Assembly (NCBI RefSeq): GCF_030144855.1
Contig: NC_082730.1
Span: 15,004,001-15,068,000 of the forward strand
Direction of reading: 5' to 3'
From: Hypanus sabinus
Taxonomy: Eukaryota
Length of the DNA stretch: 64,000 nucleotides
Under the pieces are notes generated by a model. That model was not told the DNA's origin and did no database searches. It worked only from the letters and a program-made list of their open reading frames with translations. Below, piece after piece: positions 12,787-27,358 of the stretch. Position numbers and translations under genes: made by a program. Position 1 is the first letter of the stretch; every line of letters begins with the position of its first letter.

Positions 12787-15412
12787 GTAAAGTATAAGAT
12801 TCTCTCTGCAGGTGGTTTCAATGTTACTGCTTGAAAATAGAGCCGGTTGGGAGAAAAATATGTTTCTCTTTAACTGGTGTTAAACATATTTGACAGGATT
12901 AACGTTGATGAAATAATGTATTAGAAACTGAGTATTCCTGATTTTCTTGCGTATGCATCAATCCTGAGCTCAAAGATAAATTCCTGTTTACAAATATTTA
13001 AAAATTTAAATATCGCAGTTGAACCTCATGTTCTGAGTCATAAAGTGCTTTTTGTGTCTTAGAATAACTGACCCATCAGCCTGACACATCCAAGTCAACC
13101 AAGATGTTCATGTAATTCAGCACCTTCAATTTTATTTATTCCATACCCTCCTCTGCCAGGGATTCCCAACCTAGGATCAAGTTGAGTCGAGTGAAGTCAA
13201 GTTTATTGTCATATAACTGTAGAATGCATACCATCAAATGAGACAATGTTTCTCCAAACAAAGGTGTAACATACATAGCACTTAGTAACATATGAAAGTA
13301 AGGATGAAATCTACAATTGGATTACACCTAAATAAACAAACAAAGATGCATAAATTAAGTATTAAAAGGAACAGGATAGATTAACCAGTGACACTGACTT
13401 TATCGACTCCTTAGTTGCACATGGCATAAAAAGTTTGAAAACCCCTGTTCTAAGCCTTTGTTGCTCATGTATCTGTCAAAATGTCTTTTGGAAGTTGTAA
13501 ATGTATCCCCTTCTATGGATTGCTATGGCAGATTGTTGCATACACCTGAGACCCTATGTGTATAACATTGCTTCTTAGGTACTTTCCCAACTAAACGGAA
13601 GCCTGCACCTGCTTGCTTTACCGTACCCTCCCCTTGTAAAAAGACAGTGCTCATTCACCTTATCGATGCCCCTCATGACTTTATATATCTCTAATAAATG
13701 TCCCATCAATATTCTAAGCTTCAGGGCAAAAATCACTATCAATCCAACCTCCATTGTGACTCTAGCCCTCCATCTCTGGAATGTCCACATGATTTTTCTG
13801 CTCCACACTTTCCAGTCTCATGTTATCATTCCAGTAACCAGAAGCCCACAACTGCACATGCAAATTGAAGAGTGGTCTCACTAACAGCTTTTCCAGCCAT
13901 TACATATCATAATAATCTTGTACAGAGTGTCCAAACAAAATAAATGTTCCAAATGACTTCTTCATCATCCTGTCTACCTGTTTCATCACTTTCCGGAAAC
14001 AATGTCCCTGGAGGACTAGATCACTTTTTTGCAACATTCTCCATAGCTCCCTCCTACTGTTTACTGTACATGTCTTGCACTGGTTTAACTTGCCAAAATG
14101 CAAAACCTCCAATTTGAAAAAGCCCACGGCAATCCACTAACTCTTCCCACCAAGCCAATGTTATATTCAATTTGTTTGCTCAGCCTGAACATTTGGGTCG
14201 TTACCAAAGGCCTTGCTAAGTTTCAGATAGACACTGACCTTTCCTCATGAATCTGCTCAGTCTGTAATGAGCCCATGTGATTGTCAAACTGCTGGCACTG
14301 GGGCATTCACTGCAGGACATCTTCTGGGTCTGTTGAAGATATTCCACAGACCAGATGAGAAAAAAATTTGACATGACATTAGCAACAGTGCAACAATCAA
14401 TATGGAAACTGGTGTGGGATTTGGGGGAAGTTGACTTTTGTAGGAGAGCTGGTTTTAAGCAGATACAGTGTTTCCTTTATTAGATCCTTCAATGGTGAGT
14501 GCAGCGAGATCTGTAGATATTAACTCAGCTTCTCCCCATATGCTGATTGGTAAACACAAGTGTTCATACATACATAATTATACTTTTTGGATTTTTTTAA
14601 TAATTTATATTTTTTATTGATTTTAATGGCTTTCAGTGACTTGGTAAAGCACCCAATCTAACTGAAGACCCAACTTCCATTGACATGCTTTCTTCCTCTC
14701 CCCTCCTATTGGGCAGATATTACTGAAGTCTGAAAGCATGTACTACAAACTTCAAGGACAGCTTTTTTCTCACTGTTATAAAACTACCGGATGGTTTCCC
14801 AGTACAGTAAAATGGGCTTTTGATCTTCTAATCTACCTGGGCTTGCACCTTACAAGAACATCCTTTCTTTTTATTTATTGAAAGATTTCGTCCAGAAAAG
14901 GCCATTCTGGCCCTTCAAGCCACACTGCCCCTTTAAAATCATGTTGACTATCCAAATTCAGATCTTGCCTTTGCATATTCAGGTAGAACCTGTCTCAGAG
15001 AATTGCTTCTGGTAATTTACCCACCACAGATCTTTTGCTCACTAGCCTGGAAAGGGATTAGTTCAGTAATCTGTTGGTTCAGAATTTTGGAAACACACTG
15101 AGACATCACTGGGCAGTGATAACGATGACTCCAATCAAATAAAAATCATTACTTGTGAAGAGCTCTGAGGACATGATGAGGGACGATGCTGTTCTCTTTC
15201 CAGTCAATGTGCAGTTCAATTACATCAATTGACATTGTTGTAGATTCCTTAGAACTCATTATTATTGCTTTCTTTATCATTTGTTTTTTTCTGTTCTGCT
15301 TCAGATCTAAAGGAACAATGATTTTGTTCTCCTTTACAATCATATACAGGAAATGACATTAAGTAATCTTAAATCTGCTTGTATAAATTTGATTTTACCT
15401 GTCCATTTTCAG

Positions 15413-15750
15413 AAGAATTTCTTCCTCAGTTTCGGGTGATTTATGGGCAGATGATAAAGTAAGAGGAGTTGTGGGAAGAGCGATCAGAATCGATTGTCAC
15501 TATGCTCCAATGTACCGTTCACACACAAAGTATTTCTGCCGCATGCGGAGTCACCAGTGCACATCCTTAGTGAATACAAATGGGCAAACAGAGCAGACTG
15601 GAAGAATTACAATCAGAGATAAGATATCCGAAGGAATATTTACTGTTACAATGGAGAATCTTGTCTCTCAAGATACAGGAGTTTACAGATGTGGAATTGC
15701 AACTTCTGGCAATACTCCAGTGTTTGATGTGTATCTACAAGTATCTGACG
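15413..15750 (+). CDS. V-type Ig exon V3 (alternative acceptor at 15430)
   Basis: ORF 15471; motifs as V1; donor G|gtaggt at 15751. Confidence 0.92.
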
Positions 15751-17102
15751 GTAGGTTTCTCATTGATTACCTTTATGTCTCCAGTGAAATGTCTGATGCA
15801 TATTTGATCCAGTACGTGCCAGGGAAGCATGGATATCCTGAGGCTCCTCAGCAGTGCAGACGCTGTGGGGAGTGGGCAAGGGTCAGGAAACCCCACATGT
15901 TGTCCGTCCACTGACTGGCCAACAATTTCCACTGGAAAGCTCAGCACATTTTCCTGCCATCTTATAGCACATGGTCCATATTCCTCAAATCCCTCATTTT
16001 CATATCCTTGTCCAAAAGCTTCTTTAATATTGTTATTATATCCCTTTCTACCACCTGGTCTGTCTGTGTGTTCCATGCAGTCAGCACCATCAGTGTAAAT
16101 AAAACTTGTCTTGCAAACATTTTTTAAACGTTCCCCCTATTGCCTTCAAATGATGCTCACTGTTATTTGATATTTCAACCCTGGGAAAATAATTCTGACC
16201 AACTTCCCTACTGTGACTTCTGTAACTTTATAAACCTCCATCAGGCCTCTCCTCAGCCTCCTACACTGAAGCGAAAACAATCCAAGTTTGTCAAACTTCT
16301 CCCCATAGCTACAAACTGGGTAACATTTATTTATTTATTTATTTCTACATTTATTTGATTTATTAATTGATTAAGATACAGCGTGGAATAGCTATTTCAA
16401 GCCCTGTGAGCCGTGCCTCCCAGTGAACTCCCAGATTTAACCCCAGCCTAATCCTCAGACTATCTACAATGACCAATTTCTAGGACTTTGGACTGTGGGA
16501 GGAAACTGGAGCACCTGAAAGAAACCCACATGGACATAGGAAGAGAATACAAACTCCTTACTCACAGAAGCAGGAATTAGCATGGTAAAGGCTTGTGCTA
16601 ACCATTATGCTACAATGCCACCATGGTGAAATCCTGATGACACCTTTACCCTCTCTAAAAACTTCACATCTTTTCTTTAGTGTTGCAATCAGAATTAGAA
16701 ATTATTGTATGTTGCAGATGTGCCCTAACCAAAGTCTTATGAAGCTACAAAATGCCTTGTCAGCTTTAGTTTCCAATATGGAAAATGAAGAAGGAAAATG
16801 TGCTGAATGATAGCATTACCATTATATCCACTTGTGTTGCCACTTTCAGAGAGCAATGGACTTCAACTCCAAGAACTCTCTGTACATCAATTCTAAAGGG
16901 ATCCAGATAATAAATTCCAGGTGATGTCAAACACCCCAAATGTATTAGGAGAGTTTGAAACCTCAGGGCCTGTACTTGCAGGAGCTTAGAAGAATGAGCA
17001 CGGAAAAGCTGGCGGTTGTGGAGAGGATGTTTCCTATACTGTGGACCTCTAGGACCAGAGGGAACAGACTCAGAAACAAAGATAGAAGAGGAGGTATTTA
17101 TT

Positions 17103-17105
<3 letters not shown>

Positions 17106-17136
<31 letters not shown>

Positions 17137-18039
17137 CTTTATTCATCCCCAAGGGGAAATTCAACATTTTTCCAGTGTCCCATACACTTATTGTATCAAA
17201 ACTAATTACATACAGTATTTAACTCAGTATAATTATGATATGCATCTAAAATCACCCTCCCAAAAAGCATTAATAAATAGCTTTTAAAAATTTCTTAAAT
17301 AGTTTACTAAAGTGCATTGAGTGGTAACTTAAGCTCAGTCCTAACCCCGGCACTTTAACATGTCTTGCCCCTGGTGGTTAAGTTGTAGAGCCGAATGGCA
17401 TTGGGGAGTAATGATCTCTTCATCCTGTCTGAGCAGCATTGCATTGACAGCAACCTGCCGCTGAAGCTGTTTCTCTGTCTCTGGATGGTGCTGTGCAGAG
17501 GATGTTCAGGGTTTTCCATGATTGACCGTAGCCTACTCAGCGCCCTCCTCTCTGTCACCGATGTCATACTCTCCAGTTCTGTGCCCACAACAAAGCCCGC
17601 CTTCCTTACCAGCTTATTAAGATGTGAGGCGTCCCTCTTCTTAATGCTGCCTCCCCAGCACGCCACACAAAGAAGAGGGCGCTCTCCACAACTGACCGAT
17701 AGAACATCTTCAGCATCTCACTACAAACATTGAATGACGCCAGCCTTCTGAGGAAGTACAGTCGACTCTGTGCTTTCCTGCACAGGGCATCTGTGTTGGC
17801 AGTCCAGTCTAGCTTCTCGTCTAACTGCACTCCCAGATACTTGTAGGTCTTAATCTACTCCACACATTCTCCATTAATGATCACTGGTTCCATATGAGGC
17901 CTAGGTCTCCTAAAGTCCACCACCATCTCCTTGGTCTTGGTGATATTGAGACGCAGGTAGTTTGAGTTTCACCATGTCACAAAGTCCTGCATCAGTTTTC
18001 TATACTCTTCCTCCTGACCATTCCTGACACACCCCACTA
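17106..18039 (-). mobile_element. 5'-truncated Rex1/Babar-type LINE inserted in the module-3 V-C intron
   Basis: Minus ORFs 17606-17830 and 17355-17666 (LDWTANTDALCRKAQSRLYFLRRL...ACWGGSI...HPLH); 3' end ...ggggatgaataaagta(tcta)n; probable 5-bp TSD tttag at 17101-17105 and 18040-18044; absent from modules 1 and 2. Confidence 0.88.
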
Positions 18040-18447
18040 TTTAGCCAGAGGCTGGTGAATCTGTGGAATTCATTGCCACAGGCAGTTGTGCAGACAAAAT
18101 TGTTGGGTATATTTAAAGCAGAACTTGATAGTTTTCCAGGACACCCACAAATGCTGCCTTTACAAGTCAAGCTTTTGGGTGCCATTCAGACTATCTCCTT
18201 CCTGCTGAGAGAGATTGATTTTCACGCAGATACATACTCAATATCATCACTGTTGTCCTGATCTGGAGACCTGCTGTGTTCAGGGATAATGGCAAACACA
18301 GCAGTTCAGGCAGATACAAGGATGCAGAGACACAGAGAGGTAGAGGAGCTGCTGACATTCCAGCTGTGTGGGTCCCGGTTGAGATACAGAACTGCTGAAA
18401 TCTTTAGTGTGTTTTATTTTTGGATGTTTTTTGGTTGTTTTCCACAG

Positions 18448-18768
18448 AACCCGTGTCTGTTCCGTTTCTTCGATTTTCACCACTAACAAGAGGCTCAAGT
18501 TGTGGGAACTATGTGTCAGTGTTCTGCGAGTCTGTCAATGGATCCCTTCCCATTCAGTACTCATGGTACGAAAAGACCCCATCTGGGGATTCAAAGATCT
18601 CTGATACCAATAAACTGGATCTACATTGTCATTCCTTAAAATACAATAACTATCTGTATTATTGCAATGTCTCAAATGGGAATGGAACAAAGTCCAGTGA
18701 AATGATCAGAATGTCCACCTCCAACAATGTCAGGAACTGCAGATATGTGATTGAAGTCAACAGAATGG
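18448..18768 (+). CDS. C2-type Ig exon C3
   Basis: ORF 18420; ttttccacag| ... ATG G|gtaagt; 321 nt. Confidence 0.92.
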
Positions 18769-20556
18769 GTAAGTGGTGCAGGGTTTGATTCTTTATGATG
18801 GTCAAAGGATTACAACTGAATGACTGATGTGTACTGGATATTGTATTGTTGGAACACAATATCCAATACACATGGCCTAGATGGTAAGGGGGTTCCTGCT
18901 GCTTTAATACACTCCTGTGCCTGGGACTCGCTGCCTTGATTTGGCCCATACCTGTCCTTTACATTCTGGCCCGAAGTTTAATTCAGTCAGACTATCTCTC
19001 CTTCCTCACTCTCATTCTACCAACTGTTTTGGTCTGATGAAAGTTGTTCTTGTTATGGAAGGAAGCTAGCAAAAGATCAGCAGACTGATTTCTGGGATGC
19101 CATGAGTGACACAGAACAGAGAAGCAGTTGATTAGGTTTTTAGTTGTTGGTGTTCAGCAGGCTTAAAGATGATCTCAGAGAAATCTGCAATATTTTACCA
19201 GGCTGATACAAATGCAGTTAGGACACTTCCAATACCAGGGAATTCTGGGTAGTCAATGGAATCCTACCTCTAAGAGGATCATAACCTTGTCGTTATATTT
19301 GGAGTCTTGCATGCTTCAGTAACCTGGAAATGTACGTTGGCTGGAGTGAGGGCTTTTTGCTTTTGCTCTTCCTAGGTTCAACCAACCCCAAATAGGTCAA
19401 AGTGCAGAGGCCAGAGTTCGAGCGATCCACCAGTCCTCTAGGTTTGGGGGTTTAGCTCAGGACTAACAAACCTGAGTGGTAAATCAAAATTGTTACGGAA
19501 AAAGGATGAAGAATCCTTCTACATCAGTGAATGATGGTATTGCTCAGTCTCCATCTGGGACTTGCATGACTGTCAGCAGTGTAGACCAAGAGGAATCTAC
19601 TGACATGATGAAGGAAGCCCTGAACACCGCCAGAGATAGAAAACCTTCATTGCTGCCCAAAATGCCAGTGGTGTAATGGGCATCATGTAAGTATGCATGA
19701 CTGCTTAGAAATTAGCTGAAGGGTGAGACATTTAATACTGGGTTTAGGAAACATTTCTTCTCCCAGAATGCGTTAAACTTGCATTTAAGAAAGACTGACG
19801 TACTCTTTTCAGAACTACAGAGATCAAGAGATATGTGAAATAAAAAATCTTGCCTTTTCATTTGAAAAGCCACCTTTATTATCCTATTGGACAAAATGTG
19901 TATTTGAACCATTATCTCCCTGTATACTCAAGTACAGCTATGGCCACCTCTGCAGAGGGTGATTCAGCCTAGAAAGAGATCTCCCCATGCTGGCTGAGTC
20001 CATCTCCCTGGCTGGATCTTTCTCTAATTGGATAAAATTCCAAGTCATTTAACTTCTCCAGCTGCATCTCCACACCATCAGTTTCTGAATATGGGAAAGA
20101 ATCCAAGGTATCAGTAAATGTAATTGGGTGCACAGTAGAACAACAATTAGCGATCTATGATTGGGGTCCGATTCCCACCATTGTTTGCAAGTTGTTTGTA
20201 CGTTCTCCCATTGACTGCATATTTTTACTCCGGTCGCCGTGCTTTCCTCCTGCATTCCAAAGACACACAGGTTAGTATTCGTTATTCACAGGCAACCTTT
20301 TTTTTGTCACTGGAAGCATGGAACACTTGCAGGCTGCCCCCAGCACTTATTCTGTGCTGGTCATTGTAAATAATGCATTTCACTGTTTGATCTGATGTAC
20401 ATGTGATGAAAAAAGTCATCTTTAATATTTTAATGTGCATTAAGTGCTGATCACCTTTGGCCCACCATGCTCAGATACCTATTGGTCTAACAATTGCGCT
20501 CTTTTATTCGTCTAAATACAAAGCAGATGAAATTGAATTTTATTTCCTTTTAACAG

Positions 20557-20635
20557 GGCAAATTCATTTCTGTGAAAATACTGTGACAGAATCAATGACA
20601 ACTGCACAAGGGAAAAAAGCAACTTCATCTCAAAT
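20557..20635 (+). CDS. Stalk exon S3
   Basis: ttttaacag|GG CAA ATT CAT TTC TGT GAA ... CAA AT|gtaaag. Confidence 0.8.
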
Positions 20636-20848
20636 GTAAAGTATAAGGTTCTCTCCACCAGTGGTTTCACCTTAATTAGTTTCAAATAGAGCCAGCTATG
20701 AAAGAAATGTTTCTCTTTAACTGGTGTTAAACATATTCGACATGATTAACGTCGATGAAATGATGTCTTGGAAACTGAGTATTCCTGATTTTCTTGTATA
20801 TGCGTCAAGCCTGAGATCAAAGATAGATTTCTTTTTCCAAACACTTAA

Positions 20849-23800
20849 TTTTTTTTATTTTAAAATCTTTTTTATTAATTATTATTGAAGAGCAACAAAA
20901 AAAGATGCATTAAGTCAATATGTCACTATGTGAAATGATGAATTAAATTAGCAAATAACTGATTAACAAAGCAAAGCAATATATCAATAATAAGAAAAAA
21001 ATAAAGTGTTGAGAATATTTTTTGCAAGCGTAAGGAAGGGAAAAAAAAACCCTTCAATCTTAAAAAAACCCTACTAACTGAAAAAAAAAACCCAAAAAAA
21101 TACCATTGCGAGTACAACCTCATTGCTATACATCATACATGCTTCCATAAAAATACCATCAATCCACCAACTCAAATCATTTTAAATAAAAATCAGAAGG
21201 AAGCCATATTAATTAACTCAAATCAGAGGATAGTAGCGGGTGAATGAAACCCAAATTTTCCCAAAGTCAAATCAAAAGTTCAACTTCTGATTTTCTCCAA
21301 ACCAAGACATAACATCACCTGAGAAAACCATTGTATCAAATTAGGAGCAGAAGCATTTTTCCATTTCAGCAAAATAGCCCTTCTGCCCAATAATTTAACA
21401 AATGCAATTACACATTGGTCTGATGGAGAAATACCATGAATATATTGAGGGATTATACCAAATAAAACTGTCAATTTATTAGGTTGTAAATTAATTTTTA
21501 AAACGTTAGAAATTGTAGAGAAAATGGACTTCCAAAAATGTTTCAATACAGAACAAAACATATGTGTCATTGTGGCTGTCTCGGTTTTACAGCTATCACA
21601 CTGACTATCAACATTAGGAAACATTTTAGACATTCTTTCCTTTGTTAAATAGTAACGATGTACAATTTTAAATTGAATTAAAGAGTGACTGGCACAGATT
21701 GAAGAAGAGTTAACCAACTTCAAAATCCGCAACCAATCTTCTATTATCAAGGACATGTTAAGCTCCCTCTCCCAACCTTGCTTAATCTTAAGTGAAGGGT
21801 AATTGTGCTGTTGAAACAATAAATTATAATTTTTCCCAATAAAAACCACTGAAGGATTAATTTTTAAAATAATATCCAACAGGTCAGAATCCTGTATATA
21901 TGGGAAATTACTCAAATATTCCTGTAAGAAGTGTCTGACTTGAAGATATTGCAGGAAATGTGAATACGAGAGAGAGTATTTAGTTACTAATTTCTCAAAA
22001 GATATCAATTGGCCATCTTGGAACAATCCGTGAAGGAATAAACTCCTTTATTCCTTCAAAGAAGAAAGGCAGGATCACTTAATGAAGGTTTAAATAAATA
22101 ATTTTGATAAATCAAACTGAAAAGTTTAAATTTTTTGAGATTAAAAAAATTACGAAACTGGAACCAAATTCGTAATGACTGCTTAATCACAGTATATAAA
22201 TTTAAATTAATAATTTAGAGAACTACTTATTAAGCTCCTAATAATGAGGTTAAGTGAAACTGTTTCAGAGCATTCAATTCCAAATCAGCCCAAGGTGGTC
22301 ATTCATTTTTATCAGCCCAATATAACCAAAAACACATATAACATATATTTACATTCTTAAATTAGGCACACCAAGACCTCCATTTTTTTGATTTTTTGTA
22401 AATGATATTTACCAATTCTTGGTCTTTTATTATTCCAAACAAAAGATGAAATAATAGAGTCAACCTGATTGAAAAACTTCTTAGTTAAAAAATAGGGTAT
22501 TTTGAAATACAAATAAAAATTTTGGTAAAATCATCATTTTAACTGCATGAATTCAGCCAACTAACAAAAGTATAAGTGGATTCCAGCTACAAAATAATTG
22601 TTTCATAAAATCCACTAAAGGAACCAAATTACCTTTATAAATATATTTATGATTTTTAGTAATAATGAAACCTAAATATTTAAATGAGTCTGTAACTCTA
22701 AAAGGAATATCATCAGAAAGAAACAGAATCATTTAGGGGAAATAATTCACTTTTATGAAGGTTTAGTTTATATACCAAAAACTTTCCAAAGTCGTCTAAT
22801 AGTTTCAATAAACCAAGAATGGATTCTTCGATAAAAATCTAAGCAATTGTCAGCATAAAGGGTGATTTTGTGAACAGTCGCATTTATGAGAATTCCGTGA
22901 ATATCTTTAGCTTCACGAAGTGCAATAGCCAAGGGTTCCAGCACTAATTTAAATAACAAAGGACTTAACGGACATCCTTGTCTCGTACCCTGTGAAAGCT
23001 GAGAAAAAGTAGATCTGCAATTATTAGTAATAACAGTAGCAACAGGGCTTTTATATATCATACTGATCCACTTATTAAAATTAATACCAAAGCAGAATTT
23101 CTCTAAAATATTAAATGTATTTCCATTCAACTCTGTCAAATGCCTTTTCAGCATTGAGAGAGACAACACATTGGGGAGACTTAGAAAAGGATGAATATAG
23201 AACACTTAACAATGTCCAAACATTAGAGAAGGAATTACAGCCTTTTATAAAACCTGTTTTCTCTTGAGAGAGAATTGTAGTTATAAAATTCTCCAGCTGA
23301 TTAGCCATTATTTTTGAAAGAATTTTAGCATTCACATTTAATAATGAAATAGGTCTATATGAAGCACAATCAGAAGGGTCTATGTCTTTCTTAAGAATTA
23401 AAAAAATAATAGAAGCTACCTAAAATGTAGGAGGTCACTCTCTCCTATCAAAAAAGCATCTTTAAGCATTTCCAACATATATGAAGAGAGCAATTTTTCA
23501 ATTTTTTTAAAATAAAATCCTACAGAATAGTCATCCAGTCCAGGAGCATTACCAGATTGCATTGAAAAAAATAGCTTTCTGAATTTCATTTTCAGTAGTA
23601 GGAGCATCAAGAGTTTGTTGATCTTCAACAGAACTTCGAGGAAAATCGACCTTTTGTGAAAAGGCATTCATTTTAGAAGAATCAACTGGAAACTGTGATT
23701 TATAAAATTCAATATGAAATTCTTGAAAAATTTTATTAATATCTTCATAATTAAATGCTAAAATACCATCCTCCTTATGAATTTTTAAAACTTGTCTTTT

Positions 23801-26800
23801 AGCTCTAGTTGCTTTTAATTGAGATGCTAATAGCTTATTATTTTTATCTCCGAACACATAAAATTGACTTTTCAATTTAAGCAAATTTCTTTCAATAGGA
23901 TGTTAATAATAAATGATATTGTGTTTGGAGTTCAACTCTTTAAATAAATCAATGTTAGGAGAGATTGCATAAATATTATCCAAGTCTTTAATTTGTTTGG
24001 AAATCTTATCTAAGCCAGTTTTTGTCTGTTTCTTAAGCTTAGCTGAATAGGAGCTCATATGATGTGCAAACGTGCTTTAAATGTATCCCATATAATCAAT
24101 TTTGACACATCTCCAGTATTATTAAAAAGTAAAGAATCTTTTATCTGTGTCTCTATAAATGTGACGAAGTCCAAACTTTGCAATAAATTTTCTGGAAAAC
24201 ATCAAGGCAAATTTGTAATAACGACTTCATTGAATTCAAAAGCTAAGGCATATGATCTGAGAGACCTACAGCATATTCACATTTCTGGATTTTGGACAAA
24301 AATCGAGAATCAACTATAAAGTAATCGATTCAGGAATATTTTTTGTGAACATGTGAAAAAAAAGAATAATCTCTATCATTATGGTGTCAATGTCTCCAAA
24401 TTTCAACCAGGCCAAAATCAATTGAAAAAGAGTTAATAAGTGATGCAGCACGACTTGGAAACCGCTGATTGGTTGAACTCTTGTCAATGAAAGGATTTAA
24501 ACAACAGTTGAAATCACTACCCATTAACAACATATATTAATTTAAATCGGGCAATAAAGCAAATACATTTTTGAAAAAAGAAGGATCATCTACATTAGGT
24601 CCATATAGGTTAACCAGAACAAGTTTTCTATTACAAATTTTTCCTTTAACAATTAAAAATCTACCAGTAATATCTGACACAATGTCTTCTTGGATGAATT
24701 AAGTATTAGATTTAATAAAAATAGATACTCCCTTTGTTTTATTTTGACAAGTAGCATCAAATTGAAGTCCCTTCCACATTTTAAAAAATCTGTTTTGATC
24801 GCCCATTTTGATATGCGTTTCTTGAGCAAAAATTATATTGGGTTGGAATCAATTAATGATTTTAAAAGTCTTCTTTCGCTTAGTAGGATGATTCCAACCA
24901 CATATGTTCCAACTTATAATGTTTATCTGTTTAGTTACCATAAAACAATTATTTTATTTAACACATAAATACATGCATACCAGCGCGAGCTAATCAAAAG
25001 TGGTGGTGGCAAGTATAGCCATATATAAAACATGCATGCTCCGGAACTCTGTAATGGAAAAAAAAAATACAAAAAAGAAAACTAAAATTTGTTTTACAGT
25101 TAATCCTATAACTCAAAACTAACTCCAATCCTCCCACCACCCCAAAATCCCGAAATTTGGCAAAAAAATCTGAAATGCATACCCATAGTGTAAAAAAGAG
25201 AGAGACTCCACCAGCTGCCCATTTTATAATAATGATTTTAAAAGCTTTCCTTAATTCCTCCCCCAGTTACAAAAAAAAAATACGGCCCTAAAATAGAAAA
25301 GCCCTGCAAAGATAAAACGTATTTTGCTAAATATAAAAAGCCAAACACTACAGAACAACACACCACTATATCAAGTCATGTTAACTGTTTCTTCTGCCCA
25401 CTTACAGGCCTTGCTTCTAACTGATAAATATGCAATTTAAATATCAATTTACTTTGATGCCTTCCATTGCTTTATATAGTACTATTGTGCTGGTACAATG
25501 GACACTGGTGAGGCTGAGTAATCATTAAAACATGGAACAGATTCCTAGCACAAATGGCTAATACAAGAGGGCACAATTTTACGGTGATTAGGGAAAAGTA
25601 TAGGGATCTCAGAGATGTGTTCTTTTTAATAGACCAGTGTATACGTGGAAAGATCTGCCATGGGTAGTCATCGAGGCAGACACAGTAAGGACATTTAAGA
25701 GACTCCTAGATAGGCTCATAATGAAAGACAAATGCAATACTCTACAGGACGGAAGCATTAGATTAACCCTGAAGTAGATTGAAAGGTCAGCAGAACCTCA
25801 TGGGTCAAAGGGCCTGTACTGTGCAGTATTGTTCTACAATATCTAGCTCCCCACATTCAGCATAAAAATTCAGAGAAAATTTTTTTTATACTTAATCCTT
25901 AAAAACAATCTGTGGAATGCAGAAACAATCTCCAAAAACACCAAAACAATAAAATTAAACAAAGAGAAAAATGCCTATGTAATCCCTAATGAAGAAAAAT
26001 CAGCACCATTTTCCATTTAACTTACACGCCTAATTAAAAATTGTTTTTAGAAAAAACTAAATATCTATCTACTAAGCACTCGCAACTATGTGTATATAAG
26101 AAAAAGTCCTTATGAACTATGAAAACTATCACTTAATTAATGAAAATAAAGGAGGATAAAAACAAATAATCAAACAATCTGTCCATTGTGTTAATTCGCT
26201 CAGTAGACCAAACAGATTTTGGAAAAGTCATTCATCATTCACATCAAAAAGTTAACATCTTCTTTAAATGGTCGAGAGATCAAAGGACATCTTAAGCAAA
26301 TCAGAAATCTTCAAAGCTTAACTTCTTTCCGAAATATCAATTATTCAGCAGACCTAAAACCACTCAAACCTCAGCTACAACTGAAAGATAGTTAACATAG
26401 TCCAGTACCTCTTTGGGGTCCAGAAAAACACATGGAGTCAAATCTTTTGGAGATAATTTTAATCAGGCTGGATATTGAAGTGATAGGAATAATCCCTTAT
26501 CATTGGCTATCTACATGGTTGGAATGAATTAAGACCACAGGTCCATAACTTTCCATGGATAATCCTCATAAAAACGAATCTCAGAACCTTTAAATTTAAA
26601 AATTCTGTGCTTCCTTGCATATTTTATGATTTGATCTTCAACTCTGAAATGAAGGAAGCAGACCAAAACTGACCTTGGTTTATTCAGAGTCCACGATTCC
26701 AAAGTGATAATTCTATGCGCTCTTTCGATATCAGGAGGTTGAGGTAAAATATCCGGAAACAGAGATTGAAACAAGTTAGCAAAATAGCTCAATAAATCTC

Positions 26801-27280
26801 CACTCTCAGATCCTTCCTTCCGTCCAACAATCCAAATATTTTTCTGATGAGATCTTGCTTCCAAATCAATAATCTTATGTTGAGATTTTTCCAAGTGAGC
26901 TGAAATATCCACTATTTGACGCTTCGCATCTTTAAGTTCAAAGTTCAGGGTATTAGTATTTTCTAGCACAAGTTGAAAACTCACTCATAATGACTTCATC
27001 ACAGAAGAGGTAACATCAAGTTTTCCTGTGTTGTTGTCTATTTTCTTGTTGAGAACCATCTGCCCAAGCTGCGTATCCTCTGATTTTTTTTCCCTTTCCA
27101 TGCTGGATTCAGGAATCTGCTTTCCACTTCTTAAATATTGTGGCATAGTAACATCTATTCCACTCTAAGATCTGACAAATAAAAGTATGAAATTCAAAGT
27201 TTAAACTGGGGAAAAGGAAGAATTAATAGGAGCCACACAAAACTGTGTGTCACTCCATTATACAGTAGGCAGAGTCTCCC
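20849..27280 (-). mobile_element. Near full-length, decayed L1-clade LINE (ORF1, long spacer, EN-RT ORF2, A-rich tail)
   Basis: ORF1-like 26529-26984 (IIDLEARS..KNIWIVG..EG...IERAHR...IRFYED); RT pieces 22768-23884 (LSLNAEKAFDRVEW, GTRQGCPLSPLLF, LYAD); C-terminal 21280-22026; T-rich tail at about 20850-20880; many stops and frameshifts; no clear TSD. Confidence 0.93.
25520..25830 (+). mobile_element. CR1 3' fragment nested in the L1 inter-ORF spacer
   Basis: aatacaagagggcacaatttt...gaggcagacacagtaaggacatttaagagactcctagatagg is typical CR1 3' sequence. Confidence 0.65.
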
Positions 27281-27358
27281 TATATCAAGTGAGACAATGT
27301 TTCTCCAAACCAGGATGAATATGCTTGTGTAAATTTTGTTTTACTTGTCCATTTTCAG

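Larger units (their letters stand above)
1..20848 (+). repeat. Tandem segmental repeat of about 5.3-7.9 kb units containing the V-C2-stalk exons and their introns
   Basis: Near-identical intron and exon blocks recur, e.g. stalk-containing ORFs at 320, 5613, 12608, 20457; V ORFs at 2428, 8458, 15471; C2 ORFs at 3560, 10572, 18420. Window start agaacagcaactagtgatcagtgatc matches the sequence at about 12289. Confidence 0.97.
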
